Shown: positions 1 through 11,455, numbered from the stretch's first letter. The stretch is 64,000 bases of DNA from an uncultured Pseudomonadota bacterium (GCA_963837235.1 CAWIMM010000002.1:1354254-1418253), one strand, 5' to 3'. Notes: a model not told the origin generated them from the sequence alone. A program made the numbers and translations.

Positions 1-2
1 TC

Positions 3-839
3 ACCGGCGGGGCGAACGGCATCGGCGAGGCCGAATGCCGGCTCTTCGCCAAGGAAGGCGCGAAGGTGGTGGTCAATGACCTGGGCGGGGCGCGCGACGG
101 CACGGGCGGCAGCGCCGGCCCGGCCCAGAAGGTGGCCGACGAGATCGTCGCGGCGGGCGGCGTTGCCGTGGCCAACGGCGACGATGTCTCCACCGTCGAA
201 GGCGGCAAGCGCATCTTCCAGGCCGCCATCGACAACTTCGGCCGCGTCGACATCCTGGTGAACAACGCCGGCATCCTGCGCGACCGCACCTTCTCCAACA
301 TGAGCGAGGCGGAATGGGACGCGGTGGTGAAGGTGCACCTGAAGGGCGCCTACTGCGTCACCTGGCCGGTCTGGAACTGGATGAAGGACAATGGCGTGAA
401 GGGCGCCATCGTCATGACCTCGTCCGGCTCGGGCCTGTTCGGCAACTTCGGCCAGGCCAACTACGGCGCCGCGAAGGCCGGTCTCTACGGGCTGATGCGG
501 GTGCTGACGCTGGAAGGGCGCAAGTACGGCATCCGCCTCTGGGCGCTGGCGCCGGGCGCCTACACCCGGATGACCTCCGACCTGCCCGGACGTCGCGACC
601 GCGAGCCCGATCCGATGTCGCTGCCTGAGCGCATCGCGCCCGGCGTGCTCTACATGGTCTCCGACCTTTCCGGCGAGCAGACCGGCAAGGTGCTCAGCGT
701 CTCCTCGCGCGGCGTTCGCGAGATCAAGATGATGCAGACCAAGGGCTTCGCGCCGACCGCGCCCTGGACCGCCCAGGACGTCGCCGACCACGCCGGCGAG
801 ATCTTCTTCCCCGAGGAAGAGGCGCGCGTTCCCGCCTGA
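3..839 (+). CDS. SDR family oxidoreductase (5'-truncated by window edge)
   Basis: TGGANGIG Rossmann motif from position 3, VNNAGILRD, YGAAK catalytic motif. Confidence 0.9.
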   Translation, partial: TGGANGIGEAECRLFAKEGAKVVVNDLGGARDGTGGSAGPAQKVADEIVAAGGVAVANGDDVSTVEGGKRIFQAAIDNFGRVDILVNNAGILRDRTFSNMSEAEWDAVVKVHLKGAYCVTWPVWNWMKDNGVKGAIVMTSSGSGLFGNFGQANYGAAKAGLYGLMRVLTLEGRKYGIRLWALAPGAYTRMTSDLPGRRDREPDPMSLPERIAPGVLYMVSDLSGEQTGKVLSVSSRGVREIKMMQTKGFAPTAPWTAQDVADHAGEIFFPEEEARVPA

Positions 840-908
840 GCCGCATCGGCTGTAACCTTCGCCGGGCGCGGCCGAATTGGCTGGCGCATCGGCGAAGGAG
901 GGCGGCGC

Positions 909-1541
909 ATGCTGACCGTGCATCATCTGGGCGTCTCGCAGTCGGAGCGGATCGTCTGGCTCTGCGAGGAGCTCGGGATTCCCTACGAGCTGAAGCGCTA
1001 CGACCGCGACCCGGTCACCCGCCTCGCCCCGCCTGAGTACAAAGCCCTGCACCCGCTCGGCGCCGCGCCGATCATCACTGACGGCGACGTGGTGCTGCCG
1101 GAGTCCGGCGCGATCATCGAGTACATCATCGGCAAGTACGGGAACGGCCGGCTGACGGTCGGCCCCGAGGCGCCGAACTACGCCGACTATCTCTTCTGGT
1201 TCCACTTCGCCAACGGCACGATGATGCCGCGGCATATGCAGCTGCTCGGTCGTCCGGGCGACGACGAGACGCCGCGCGCGCGGTTCATGCGCGAACGCGC
1301 CGAGGCGACCTGGACGCTGGTCGAGCAGCGCCTGGGCGAGGCGCCGTACTTCGCCGGACCGGAGCTCACCGCCGCCGACATCATCATGGTGTTCATCCTC
1401 ACCACCATGCGCGCCTTCACCCAGCGCGATCTCGCCCCCTACCCGAACATCCGCGCCTACCTGCAGCGCATCGGCGCGCGCCCGGCCTACCAGCGCGCCA
1501 TGGCCAAGGGCGACCCGGACATGACGCCCGCGCTGAGCTAG
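909..1541 (+). CDS. Glutathione S-transferase family protein
   Basis: N-terminal SQSERIVWLCEEL, HPLGAAP, ESGAI motif, C-terminal ADIIM helix. Confidence 0.92.
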   Translation: MLTVHHLGVSQSERIVWLCEELGIPYELKRYDRDPVTRLAPPEYKALHPLGAAPIITDGDVVLPESGAIIEYIIGKYGNGRLTVGPEAPNYADYLFWFHFANGTMMPRHMQLLGRPGDDETPRARFMRERAEATWTLVEQRLGEAPYFAGPELTAADIIMVFILTTMRAFTQRDLAPYPNIRAYLQRIGARPAYQRAMAKGDPDMTPALS

Positions 1542-1551
1542 CGCCCGTTCT

Positions 1552-1650
1552 TCCGCTCTCCCCCGCGGAAGCGGGGGCCTAGGCTTTTTCTGAAAGCCTC
1601 ACGCGCTCCGATAAAACACCTGGGTCCCCGCTTTCGCGGGGAAGAGCGGA
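1552..1650. repeat. Palindromic REP/MITE-like element, family A
   Basis: Terminal inverted arms CCGCTCT(C/T)CCCCGCG(G/A)AAGCGGGG...CCCCGCTTTCGCGGGGAAGAGCGG between convergent genes; second copy at 32661. Confidence 0.85.
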
Positions 1651-1661
1651 TTTGGGGGTGC

Positions 1662-2533
1662 CTACGCTGCGGCCCAGCGGCGGGGGTCGAGGGCGACCGG
1701 GTCGTCGATGGCCATCTCGTCCCAGTCGAGGTCGGGCGGCGGGCTGGAGGCGGCGGCGATGACCGCGGCCAGCTCGGCCGCGGTCGAGGCGCCCACGATC
1801 ACCGCGTCGGCCTCGGGTCGGGAGAGCGCGAAGCCCAGGGCCGCCTGCAGCGGATCGGAGCTGCCCTCGGCAATCATCCGGCGGGCGCGCGACAGGCGTC
1901 CGGCGGCGCCCTTCAGCTGGGCCGGCACGCGGTCGGGCGGCAGGAACAGCAGGCCGTTCAGGAAGATCGAGCGCAGGTGCACCTCGATCCCCATCTCGCG
2001 CACCGCCATCAGGCTGCCGTCGAGCAGCAGCCGCTGGTCGAGCAGCGAGGCGGGCGCCTGGACGAGGTCGGGCTTGAAGCGGCGCGCGAGACCGGCCGGA
2101 TCGTCGGAGGCGTAGACCGAGACGCCGACCTGGTCGAACAGGCCCTCGTCGCGCAGCGCCTTCAGCCGGTCCCAGAGCGCCGGCCCGGCGGAGCGAAGAG
2201 GTCGCTGGCGCTCTGCACCACGATGGCGCGGGCCTTGGTCAGCCCGAGCCTGGCCAGCGTGGCGCGCACCTCGGTCTCCACGGCGTCGGGGCCGCGGTCG
2301 CCGCGCACCGAGCGGATCAGGATGTTGAACGGCGCGGGCCGCGGCATCTGCGCGCCCAGCATCTGTTCGGCGCTGGCTTGCGCCTGGCCGGCGTCCAGGA
2401 AGCCCAAGCCCGGCGCGGCCGGCGGACGCCAGCATGTCGCGCACTTCGGTCTCGGGCGGCCGGCCGCGGACGGACCCGCCGCTCGGGAACTGCGACGCGC
2501 CCAGCCCGAGCTTGCCGAGCGAGTGGATTTCAT
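1662..2533 (-). CDS. kidO: Aldo/keto reductase homolog, KidO-like cell-cycle regulator (frameshifted in this sequence)
   Basis: LGKLGLGASQF N-terminus, GVSVY, HLRSIFLNGLL; AKR catalytic Tyr region reads LDAGQAQASAE (no Tyr); C-terminal AA; upstream CtrA-like box. Confidence 0.7.
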
Positions 2534-2615
2534 CTCAAGCGCCCACCATCTTTGCGCTTGATGCACATTGAGCCGATGGTGCACGCGCGACCTTTAAGAA
2601 CCCGTATCGACGGGG

Positions 2616-2630
2616 TTGACCGGAGGTTAA
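2616..2630 (-). promoter_or_regulatory. CtrA-box-like site (TTAA-N7-TCAA on minus strand)
   Basis: ttgaccggaggttaa, one mismatch to TTAA-N7-TTAA, upstream of the kidO-like gene. Confidence 0.55.
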
Positions 2631-2641
2631 AGCCCAAGCCG

Positions 2642-3700
2642 ATGAGCGAGATGCTGCCCGACTGGCCGATGTTCGGCCTCGGCGACGACGCCAGGCCGGC
2701 GCTCGCAGCGGCGCGCGCCGCCGGCAAGCCACTGCGCGCTGGCCACCATCGTTGCGCTCGACGGCGGCGGTCCGCGCCCGGTCGGCGCCCAGATGGTGAT
2801 CGGCGACGGGCATCCTCTCCGGCTTCCTCTCGGGCGGCTGCCTGGAGGCCGACGTCGCCGGCCATGCCGAGGCCGTGCCTGGCCGACGGCGAGCCGCGCC
2901 GCCTCGTTTACGGGACCGGCAGCCCGTGGCCGGACATCCGCCTGCTCTGCGGCGCGCGGATCGACGTCCTGGTCGAGCGGATCGCGCCCGACGACGCGGC
3001 GGTCGGCCGGCTCATCGCGCTGCGCGACGCGCGGGCGCCCGGCCGTCTGGATCAGCGACGGCCGCCGGCGGGCCTGCGACGCGCCGGAGCGGACGCCGGC
3101 GCCGTGGGACGGCGCGTTCGCGCCGCAGCTACGAGCCGGTCCCGAAGCTGGTCGTGATGGGCGGCGATCCCACCGCGCTGGCGATCGCCTGGCTGGGCGC
3201 GCAGGCCGGTTACGAGACCACGCTGGTGCGCCCGAAGGGACCCGAGACGGCCGCCGCCGTTCGAGGTCGCCTACCTGCGCGAGGAGCCGGCCGAGGCGCT
3301 GGCCGCCATCGGCCTCGACCGCTGGACGGCGGTGGCGGTGGCGACCCACGAAGCCGAGGCCGACCACGCCGCGCTGACCGCCGCGCTGCCCTCGTCGGCC
3401 TTCTACGTCGGCGCGCTGGGCGCCCGGCGGCGGGCGGCCGACCGGCTGGCCTGGCTGCGCGCGGCGGGCGTCTCCGAAGGCGACATCGCGCGCCTGCGCA
3501 CCCCGATCGGGCTCGACATCGGCGGCAAGGCGCCCTGGGAGGTGGCGATCTCGGTGCTCGGCGAGATCACCGCGGTCCGCTACGCGCGGCCCAGCAGCAG
3601 CGCCTCGACGAGCGCGCCTGCGGCCAGCGCCGGCGCGCCGCCCGGCCGGCGCACCAGCGCGTCGGCGCTGGCGAACACCGACACCAGCGACGAATCCTGA
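2642..3700 (+). CDS. xdhC: XdhC/CoxI family molybdoenzyme accessory protein (frameshifted)
   Basis: [51 protein letters not shown] motifs spread over several frames. Confidence 0.85.
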
Positions 3701-4780
3701 TCGGCGAACGCCTCGGCGAGGACGAAGCCGTCCGGGCCGGACGTGAGCCGGGCGCGCATCCAGTGCTCGCGCGGGCCGTTGGCCGGCGAACGCCCGGCGC
3801 GCCTTGGCCGAGCACCAGCGGCAGCGTCGGGTCCGCGCCCTGCATCGCGAAGAGCAGCGGCTTGCAGGAAGAGCTCGGCGCAGACCAGCGCCGAGGCCGG
3901 GTTGCCGGGCAGGCCCAGCACGCGCCGTCCGTCGGCCAGCCGGCCGAACCAGGTCGGCTTGCCGGGCCGCAGGTTGACGCTCTCGACGGCCAGCTCCAGG
4001 CCGAGCTCGCGCGAGCGCCGGCTTGACCAGGTCGTGGTCGCCGACCGAGGCGCCGCCGACGGTGACAAGGAGGTCGCAGGCCGCCTCGCGCACGGCCGCG
4101 ACGGTTGCGGCGATGTCGTCGCCGACGGGCCTGCAGGCGCTTCGCCTCGGCGCCCCAGCTCGCGCGCCAGCGCCACCAGCGCGGCCGTGCCGGCGTCGAA
4201 GATCTGGTAGGGGCCGGGCGCCTGGCCGGGGTCGATGATCTCCTCGCCGGTGGAGAGGAAGCTGACGCGCGGCCGCCGGGCCACCTTCAGCTCGCCGCGC
4301 CCGCCCGCCGCCGCCAGCGAGAGCCGCCAAGGGTCGAGCCGCATGCCGGCGGTCAGCAGGCGCTCGGCCTGCCTGAAGTCGCAGCCGGCCGGGCGGATGT
4401 TCTCGCCGGCGGATCGCGGCCGGGACCTCGACCGCGTCGCCGTCGCGCCGGGCGTCCTCCTGGATCACCATCGCGTCGGCGCCGGGCGGCAGCGCCGCGC
4501 CGGTGAAGATGCGCACCGCCTCGCCGCGCCCGAGCCGCGCCTCGTAGGGCGTGCCGGCGGCGCTCTCGCCGACGATCTGCAGGCGACCCGGCGCGTCGGC
4601 GGCGATCAGCGCCCAGCCGTCCATGGCCGAGGCCGGATAGGGCGGCTGGTCGCGGATGGCGTGGATGTCCTCGGCGAGCGTGCGGCCGGCCGCGTCGGCG
4701 AGCGCAACGGTCTCGGCCGGCGCCGCGACCGCCCAGGCCAGCATCTGCGCGCGGGCTTCCTCGACCGAGGGCAGGGGCAT
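3580..4780 (-). CDS. moeA: Molybdopterin molybdotransferase MoeA (frameshifted)
   Basis: [46 protein letters not shown]. Confidence 0.92.
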
Positions 4781-5247
4781 CAGCGCCGCCAATCGCCCGA
4801 GGCGCCGCCGGTCTTCTCGAGCAGCCGCACCGCCTCGATGGTCATGCCGCGCTCGACCGCCTTCAGCATGTCGTAGAGCGTCAGGCAGGCGACCGAAACG
4901 GCGGTCAGCGCCTCCATCTCGACGCCGGTGGGACCGGTGGTGGCGACGCGGGCGGTCACCGTCGAGCCCCTCGTCGGCCGGCTCGATCCGCACCTCGGCC
5001 TTGGAGAGCGACAGCGGGTGGCAGAGCGGGATCAACTCGGAGGTCTTCTTGGCCGCCATGATGCCGGCGATCTCGGCCGCGGCGATCACGTCGCCCTTCT
5101 TGGCGCCGCCGGAGAGCGCCAGGTCGCGCGTCGCCGGCGCTCATCCGACCGGCCGGCGGCGACGGCCTCGCGCGCCGTGTCCGGCTTGCCGGAGACGTCG
5201 ACCATCCGCGCGCGGCCCTCCGCATCGAGGTGGGTGAGGCCGGTCAT
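4780..5247 (-). CDS. moaC: Cyclic pyranopterin monophosphate synthase MoaC (frameshifted)
   Basis: [50 protein letters not shown]. Confidence 0.93.
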
Positions 5248-5796
5248 TTCTCCAGCAGCCTCGGCATCAGCTCGACCATGTTGCAGGGCTTGTGGCGGCT
5301 ATCGAGCTGCGGGCAGATGACCTTGTCCCAGCCGTCGCGCACCGCGCCGTTCGAGCCCGGCATGCAGAAGATGAAGACGCCGTCGATCAGGCCCGCCAGC
5401 GCCCGCGACTGCAGCGTCGAGAGCCCCACCGTCTGGTAGCTGACCAGGTGGAAGATCACCGAGAAGCCCTCGATGCGCTTGTCGAGCAGCGGCTCGATCG
5501 CCTCGGGGGTGACGTCGCGGCCGGTGATGCCGGTGCCGCCGGTGGTGAGGATCACGTCGACGTCGCCGCTGCCAGTCCACGCCTTCACCTTGGCGCGGAT
5601 CTCGCCGACGTCGTCGCGCACGATGGCCTTGGCGGCCAGCTGGTGGCCGGCGGCCGTCAGCCGCTCGACCAGGACGTGGCCGGACGTGTCGCTCTCCTCG
5701 TCGCGGGTGTCGGAGATGGTCAGCACGGCGATCCGCACCGGCGTCAGCTTGGCCGCTCTCGTCGAGCTTGCCGCCGGGGGCGAGCAGGGTGGTCAT
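5244..5796 (-). CDS. moaB: Molybdenum cofactor biosynthesis protein B
   Basis: IAVLTISDTR, DTSG, TTGGTG, DVTPEA, PGSNGA, PCN. Confidence 0.92.
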
Positions 5797-5835
5797 GGCG
5801 GGCGTCTCTCCGGATCAGCGAATCGAGGGCCGGGT

Positions 5836-6279
5836 TTAGTCCCAGCGGGCGATGTCGTCCAAGTCCCGCGCGGTCGGCTCGACCCAGCGCGCGCCGGCCG
5901 GGCCGTGCTCCTTCTTCCAGAACGGCGCGCGGGACTTCAGGTAGTCCATCAGGTAGTCGCAGGCCTCGAAGGCCTCGCGCCGGTGCGCCGAGGCGGTGGC
6001 CACCATCACGATCGGCTCGCCCGGCGCGATCGCCCCGTGCCGGTGGATGACGAGCACGTCGTGCAGCGCGAAGCGCTGCGCTCGCCGCCTCGGCCATCTT
6101 GCCGATCTCGGCGTCGGTGAAGCCGGGGTAGGCCTCGAGCTCCAGCGCGGTCGCCTGCGCCGCCCTCGCCGCGGGCGATGCCGACGAAGCTCGCCACCGC
6201 GCCGCTCTCGGTGCGTCCGGCGCAGAACGCGGTCAGCTCGGCGCCGGGATCGAACGGCGTCTGTCGTGAGCCGGATCAC
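5836..6279 (-). CDS. moaE: Molybdopterin synthase catalytic subunit MoaE (frameshifted)
   Basis: ASFVGIAR, HRHG, SAHRREAFEAC, YLKSRAPFWKKE. Confidence 0.92.
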   Translation of the reverse strand: MIRLTTDAVRSRRRADRVLRRTHRERRGGELRRHRPRRGRRRRPRWSSRPTPASPTPRSARWPRRRAQRFALHDVLVIHRHGAIAPGEPIVMVATASAHRREAFEACDYLMDYLKSRAPFWKKEHGPAGARWVEPTARDLDDIARWD

Positions 6280-6517
6280 CCGCCGCTCATCGGGGGCAGG
6301 AAGGCGACTTCCACGCCGGCGCCAAGCGCCGCATCGCCGCGCACGATCGCCCTGTCACTGCCGCCTGCACGCCCGGACCGTCCAGCGCCGCGCCCAGCGC
6401 CGCATCCAGGCTGGCGATCAGCGCCTTCAGCGCCGCGAGGCTGGCGGGCGGCGGATCGAAGCTGCGCTCGCGCCAGCCGGCGAGGTCGCCGAGGCGCCCG
6501 AAGAGCAGCACGCGCAT
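6276..6517 (-). CDS. moaD: Molybdopterin synthase sulfur carrier MoaD (frameshifted)
   Basis: MRVLLFGRL start and [12 protein letters not shown]-terminal di-glycine. Confidence 0.88.
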
Positions 6518-6518
6518 T

Positions 6519-7567
6519 TCAGCCGCCCGTGGTCGACATGTGCCGCGCCACCGCCGGGCGCAAGGCCGCGGCCGATATGGAAGTCGTGGCCCTTGGGCTT
6601 GGCGTCCACCGCCGCGCGGATCGCTTCGATCAGCGCGTCGTCGTCGGCCCCCGAGCGGATCACAGCGCGCAGGTCGGCGGCGTCCTCGCGGCCCAGGCAG
6701 GTGTGCAGCGTGCCGGTGCAGGTCAGCCGCACGCGGTTGCAGGCCTCGCAGAAATTGTGGCTGAGCGGGGTGATGAAGCCGAGCCGGCCGCCGGTCTCGG
6801 CCACCTCGACATAGCGCGCCGGCCCGCCGGTCGAGAGCGGCAGGTCGCGCAGGGTCCAGTAGCTCGCGAGCTCCTGCCGCACCCGGTCCAGCGACAGGAA
6901 CTGGTCGGTGCGGTCGGCCTCGACCTCGCCCATCGGCATGGTCTCGATCAGGGTCAGGTCCATGCCCTCGCCGTGCGCCCACCGGATCAGCTCGGGGAGC
7001 TCGTCGGCGTTGTCGTGGGCCAGCGCCACGGTGTTGATCTTGACCTCGAGGCCGGCGCCCTGCGCCGCCGCGATGCCGGCCAGCACCTTGGCGACATCGC
7101 CGCCGCGCGTCAGGCGGGCGAAGACGTCCGGCTTGCGGCGTGTCCAGCGAGACGTTGATGCGCTTCACGCCGTGCTCTGCGAGCGGCGCCGGCGAACTCG
7201 GCCAGCCGCGTGCCGTTGGTGGTCAGCGTCAGCTCGTCGAGCGCGCCGGTCGCCAGGTGCCGCGAGAGCCGCTCGACCAGCGTCATGACGCCCTTGCGCA
7301 CCAGCGGCTCGCCGCCGGTGAGCCGCAGCTTGCGCGTGCCGGTCGCCACGAACGCCGAGGCGATGCGGTCGAGCTCCTCCAGCGTCAGCACCTCGGCCTT
7401 CGGCAGGAAGACCATGTGCTCGGACATGCAGTAGACGCAGCGCAGGTCGCAGCGGTCGGTGACCGAGACGCGCAGGTAGGTCACGGTGCGGCCGAAACCG
7501 TCGATCGAGCGGCGCGGTGCCGCGCGTCGGGCCGCACTTGCGGCGGGGCGGTGTCGTAAGGCGTCAT
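6519..7567 (-). CDS. moaA: GTP 3',8-cyclase MoaA (frameshifted)
   Basis: [17 protein letters not shown] radical-SAM motif, [17 protein letters not shown]-terminal MSTTGG. Confidence 0.95.
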
Positions 7568-7612
7568 GACGCGGCTAACATAGAAAGGATGGGCGCTTGG
7601 CGACGAGGGGGC

Positions 7613-8224
7613 GTGTTGCAGGCTCTGGAGGCGATCGTGCTGGCGGGAGGCTCGGGAACCCGCTTCGGCGGCGGCAAGCTCACCCATCCCTGGCGCGGCG
7701 GCGTCCTGATCGACGGGGCGCTGGCGACCGCCTTCGCCGCGCCGGCGCGGACCGTCACGGTCGTCACGGGCGCTGATGCTGGGGTCGAGGCCGCCGCCCG
7801 GGCGTTCGCCGAAGCGGACCGGCGAGGCGGCGCGGCTGCAGGGTCGTCCACTGCGAGGGCCACGCCGAGGGCATGGGCGCGACGCTGCGCGCCGGGGTCG
7901 CCAGCCTGCCGCGCGGACGCGGCGGGCGCCTTCGTCTTCCTCGGCGACATGCCGCGCATCCCGCCCGCGATCCTGCCCGCGCTCGCCAACGCGCTCGCCG
8001 CCGGCGCCCCCGCCGCCGCGCCCCGCTTCGAGGGCCAGCGCGGCCATCCGGTGCTCTTCGCCGCAGCTCTTCTCCCACAGTTGAGGGCGCTCAGCGGCGA
8101 CCAGGGCGCCCGCGACGTGCTCCGCGCGCTGGGCGACCGGCTGGCGCTCGTGGAGACCGCCGACCCGGGCGTGTTGGTCGATGTAGACCAGCGTGGCGAT
8201 CTCGACGCGGACGGCGCTCGGTAG
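7613..8224 (+). CDS. MocA/MobA-like nucleotidyltransferase (frameshifted)
   Basis: AIVLAGGSGTRFGGGK, LGDMP, GHPVLF, GDQGAR, DVD. Confidence 0.85.
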   Translation: MLQALEAIVLAGGSGTRFGGGKLTHPWRGGVLIDGALATAFAAPARTVTVVTGADAGVEAAARAFAEADRRGGAAAGSSTARATPRAWARRCAPGSPACRADAAGAFVFLGDMPRIPPAILPALANALAAGAPAAAPRFEGQRGHPVLFAAALLPQLRALSGDQGARDVLRALGDRLALVETADPGVLVDVDQRGDLDADGAR

Positions 8225-8238
8225 TACTATTTCCCACC

Positions 8239-8517
8239 ATGGCGAAGATCGAGAAGCTCTCCATCGCGCTCACACCGGAGCTTGCCGCGGCGGTCCGCGC
8301 CGCCGTGCACAGCGGCGAATACGCCTCGGCGAGTGAAGTCATCCGCGAAGCTCTGCGCGCTTGGACTCACCGGCGAGATGACCGCGCCGCAACGATCGCG
8401 CACTACCGCCAACTTTGGGAAGAGGGCCTGGCGAGCGGCGAAGCGCAGGAACGGCCGCCGCTCGACGAGTTCCTGAAGGCGGCGCGGGCCAGGGTCGCCA
8501 AGGGTCGTGCCGCTTAG
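8239..8517 (+). CDS. Type II antitoxin, ParD-like ribbon-helix-helix
   Basis: KLSIALT...SGEYASASEVIREALR...GLASG; overlaps downstream toxin. Confidence 0.88.
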   Translation: MAKIEKLSIALTPELAAAVRAAVHSGEYASASEVIREALRAWTHRRDDRAATIAHYRQLWEEGLASGEAQERPPLDEFLKAARARVAKGRAA

Positions 8518-8803
8518 AGTCCGCCGCCTTCCGCAGGCGGTCGACGACATGTTCGATATCTGGGCGACCATCGCAGTGGACAGTCAGAGCGCCGCCGATC
8601 GCCTTGCGGCGCGCTTTTATGCCGCCGAAGACCTGCTGGGCGCGTTTCCCGAGATTGGCGAAGCACGGCCCGAGATCGCGGCTGACCTCAGGAAGTGGAC
8701 AGTGAGCCCTTACGTAATGCTCTACCGAGTGACGGCGGACGCGGTCGAGATCGTCCGTGTCGTCCACGGGGCCCGCGATCTTCCGGCGCTCTTCGACACT
8801 TAG
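8507..8803 (+). CDS. Type II toxin, RelE/ParE family
   Basis: 98 aa, DIWATIA...AADR...FPEIGEARPE...YRV...EIVRVVHGARD. Confidence 0.9.
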   Translation: MPLRVRRLPQAVDDMFDIWATIAVDSQSAADRLAARFYAAEDLLGAFPEIGEARPEIAADLRKWTVSPYVMLYRVTADAVEIVRVVHGARDLPALFDT

Positions 8804-10976
8804 GTCCTCACGAACGGCTGCACCGACGTCGGCTTGCCGGTGATCGCCAGCAGCGCGTTGGCGACCGCGGGGCCGATCACCGGGGTGCCGGGCTCGCCGA
8901 CGCCGGAGGGCGGGCGGGTGGAGGGCACGATGTAGGTCTCCACCAGCGGGGCCTCGTCCATGCGCAGCACGCGGTAGCCGTCGAAGTTCTTCTGCTGGAC
9001 GACGCCGTCCTTCAGGTCGATCGCGCCGTAGAGCGCCGCGGCGAGGCCCAGGCACGTGCCGCCTTCCATCTGGGCGGCGATCTGGTCCGGCGCGACGGCG
9101 ATGCCGCAATCGATGGCGGTGACCACGCGGCCGACGCGCGGGGTCCCGTTCACCAGCTTCACGTCGGCGATCTGAGCGACCACCGAGCCGAAGCTCTCGT
9201 GCACGGCGACGCCCTGCGTGTAGCCGTCCGCCGGCTTGCCCCAGGGCGCTTTCTCGGCGGCGAGGTTCAGCGTCGCCAGATGCCGCGCCGCGGTCGGTCC
9301 GGCCTTCGCGTAGATCGCGCGGCGATAGTCGACCGGGTCCTTGCCGGCCTTGCGGGCCAGCTGGTCGATCGTGTGCTCCATGACGAAGGCGTTGTGCGTC
9401 GCGCCCACCGAACGCCACCAGAGCACCGGCACGCCGACGTCGATCATCGCCACCTGCGCGTCGAGCGCGGGGGCGGCGGCGTAATAGGGCGAGCCCTTCG
9501 CGCCCTCGACCGTGGTGTCGTCGAAGCTCACCGGCAGCGGCGAGCCCTTCATGATCGACTGGGTCACCACCCGGTGGCGCCAGGCGGCGGGCAGGCCGTC
9601 GGGGCCGAGCGAGACGCGCAAGGCGTGGTGGGTCAGCGGCCGATAGTAGCCGCCGGCCATGTCGTCCTCGCGGGTCCAGACCAGCTTCACGGGCCGCCCG
9701 CCGCCGACGTGCTTGGCGATGTCGGCGCATTCGCGCACGAAGTCGGACTTGAAGTTGGTGCGCCGGCCGAACGAGCCGCCGGCGAACAGCGTCTCCACCT
9801 CCACCGAGCCCGGCAGGGCGCCGATCGATCATGGCGGTGTTGAGCTGGTCGAGGGTCGGCGTCTGCGAGCCGAGTGGTCAGCTTCTGCTTGCCGCCGCCG
9901 ATCTCGGCCACGCAGTTCATCGGCTCCATCGGCGCGTGGGCCAGATAGGGGAAGTCGTAGGTCGCGACGAGATCGTCCGGCCTCTCGGCGATGGGGCCGC
10001 CGCGCGCGGCGAACTCTGCCATTTCACGTTCTGCGCGTTCTGCCCGCCTGCGATGGCGCTGGTAGCGCGTCGTCAGCTCGTCGGAGCTGACGCGCTCGGC
10101 CTGGGAATCGTCCCACTCGACCTTCAGCGGCGTCGCGCCCCTGCCGCGCGGCCCAGGTGTTCTGCGCGACCACGGCGACGCCGGTCGGGATCTGGAAGAC
10201 GTCGACGACGCCGGCCACTTGCCGCGCCGCGCTGGCGTCGAAGCTCTTCAGCTTGCCGCCGAACCGGGGCGAATGGGCGACCATCGCGGTCAGCATGTTC
10301 GGCAGGTGGACGTCCTGCGTGAAGCGCGCCGTGCCGGTGGACTTGGCGACGGCGTCCTTGCGCCGCACGCGGTCGGTGCCGATCAGCGTGAAGGCTTTCG
10401 GGTCCTTCAGCGCGGGCGACTGCGGCGGCTTCACCTTGGCGGCGTCGGGCAGCAGCTCGGCGAAGCTGGCGCTCTTGCCGCTCGCCGCGTGGCGCGACGA
10501 CGCTGTCCTTCACTGTCAGCGCCGCCGCTGGCGCGCCGAGCCGCGAGGCGGCGGCCTGGACGAACATCGCCCGCGCCGCCGCGCCGGCCGTGCGCAGCTG
10601 GTCCCAGGAGTTGGCGATCGCCGACGAGCCGCCGGTGCCCTGCACGCCCATTGCGCCGTTGGCGTAGACCTTGGCGTTGGCGGGCGCCTGGACCACCTTC
10701 ACCTTGTCCCAGTCGGCGTCCAGCTCCTCGGCGACGATGGCCGCCAGGCCGGCGTGCGAGCCCTGGCCGACTTCGATGTGCTTGGAGACCACCGTCACCC
10801 AGCCGTCCGGCTCGATGCGGATGAAGGGGCCGAAGGCGCCGAAGTCCATCTTCGCCGCTCCGATGCTCGAGCACGTCAGCCGGCGAGCAGCCGACCAGCA
10901 GCGCGCCGCCGGCGCTGGCCGCGCCGACCATCAGCGCCCGCCGCGTGGCGGTGAGGTCCTTGACGGGGGCGTTCAT
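8800..10976 (-). CDS. Xanthine dehydrogenase family molybdopterin-binding subunit (IorB-like, Tat signal; frameshifted)
   Basis: TRRALM Tat-like signal, EVGQG, TGGSS, HAPMEP, GGSFGR, WTREDD, WWRSVG, GVGEP. Confidence 0.9.
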
Positions 10977-11000
10977 GGCAATGTCCTCAGGGCCCCGGCC

Positions 11001-11455
11001 TCAGGCGGTGACGCCGGCCGCGTCCTTGATCGCCGCGCGGATGCGCTGGTAGGTGCCGCAGCGGCAGATGTTGCCGCTCATGGCCAGGTCGATGTCGGCG
11101 TCGGTCGGCTTCGGCGTCTTCGCCAGCAGCGCCGACGGCGCTCATGATCTGGCCGGACTGGCAGTAGCCGCACTGCGGCACGTCGTGCTTGATCCACGGC
11201 CGCCTGCACCGGATGGGCGCCGCCCAGGCCCTCGATGGTGGCGATCTTCACGCCGGCCAGCGAGCCGATCGGCGCCTGGCACGAGCGCATCGGCTGGCCG
11301 TTGAGATGCACCGTGCAGGCGCCGCACTGGGCGATGCCGCAGCCGTACTTGGTGCCGGTCATGTCCAGCTCGTCGCGCAGCACCCAGAGCAGCGGCGTGT
11401 CGGGCGGCGACTGCACCACGACGTCCTTGCCGTTGATGTTGAGCGTGGTCGCCAT
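11001..11455 (-). CDS. (2Fe-2S)-binding subunit (IorA-like; frameshifted)
   Basis: [41 protein letters not shown]. Confidence 0.92.

Noticed and set aside
3580-3700. 121-bp convergent overlap of xdhC and moeA
   Set aside because: The xdhC tail is low-complexity run-on past the conserved domain, and a sequencing error cannot be excluded
2627-5089. Long alternative-frame ORFs such as 2627-5089, 24966-26819, 30300-32438 and 57563-59896
   Set aside because: Arg/Ala/Gly/Pro-rich shadow frames or frameshift chimeras overlapping well-supported genes
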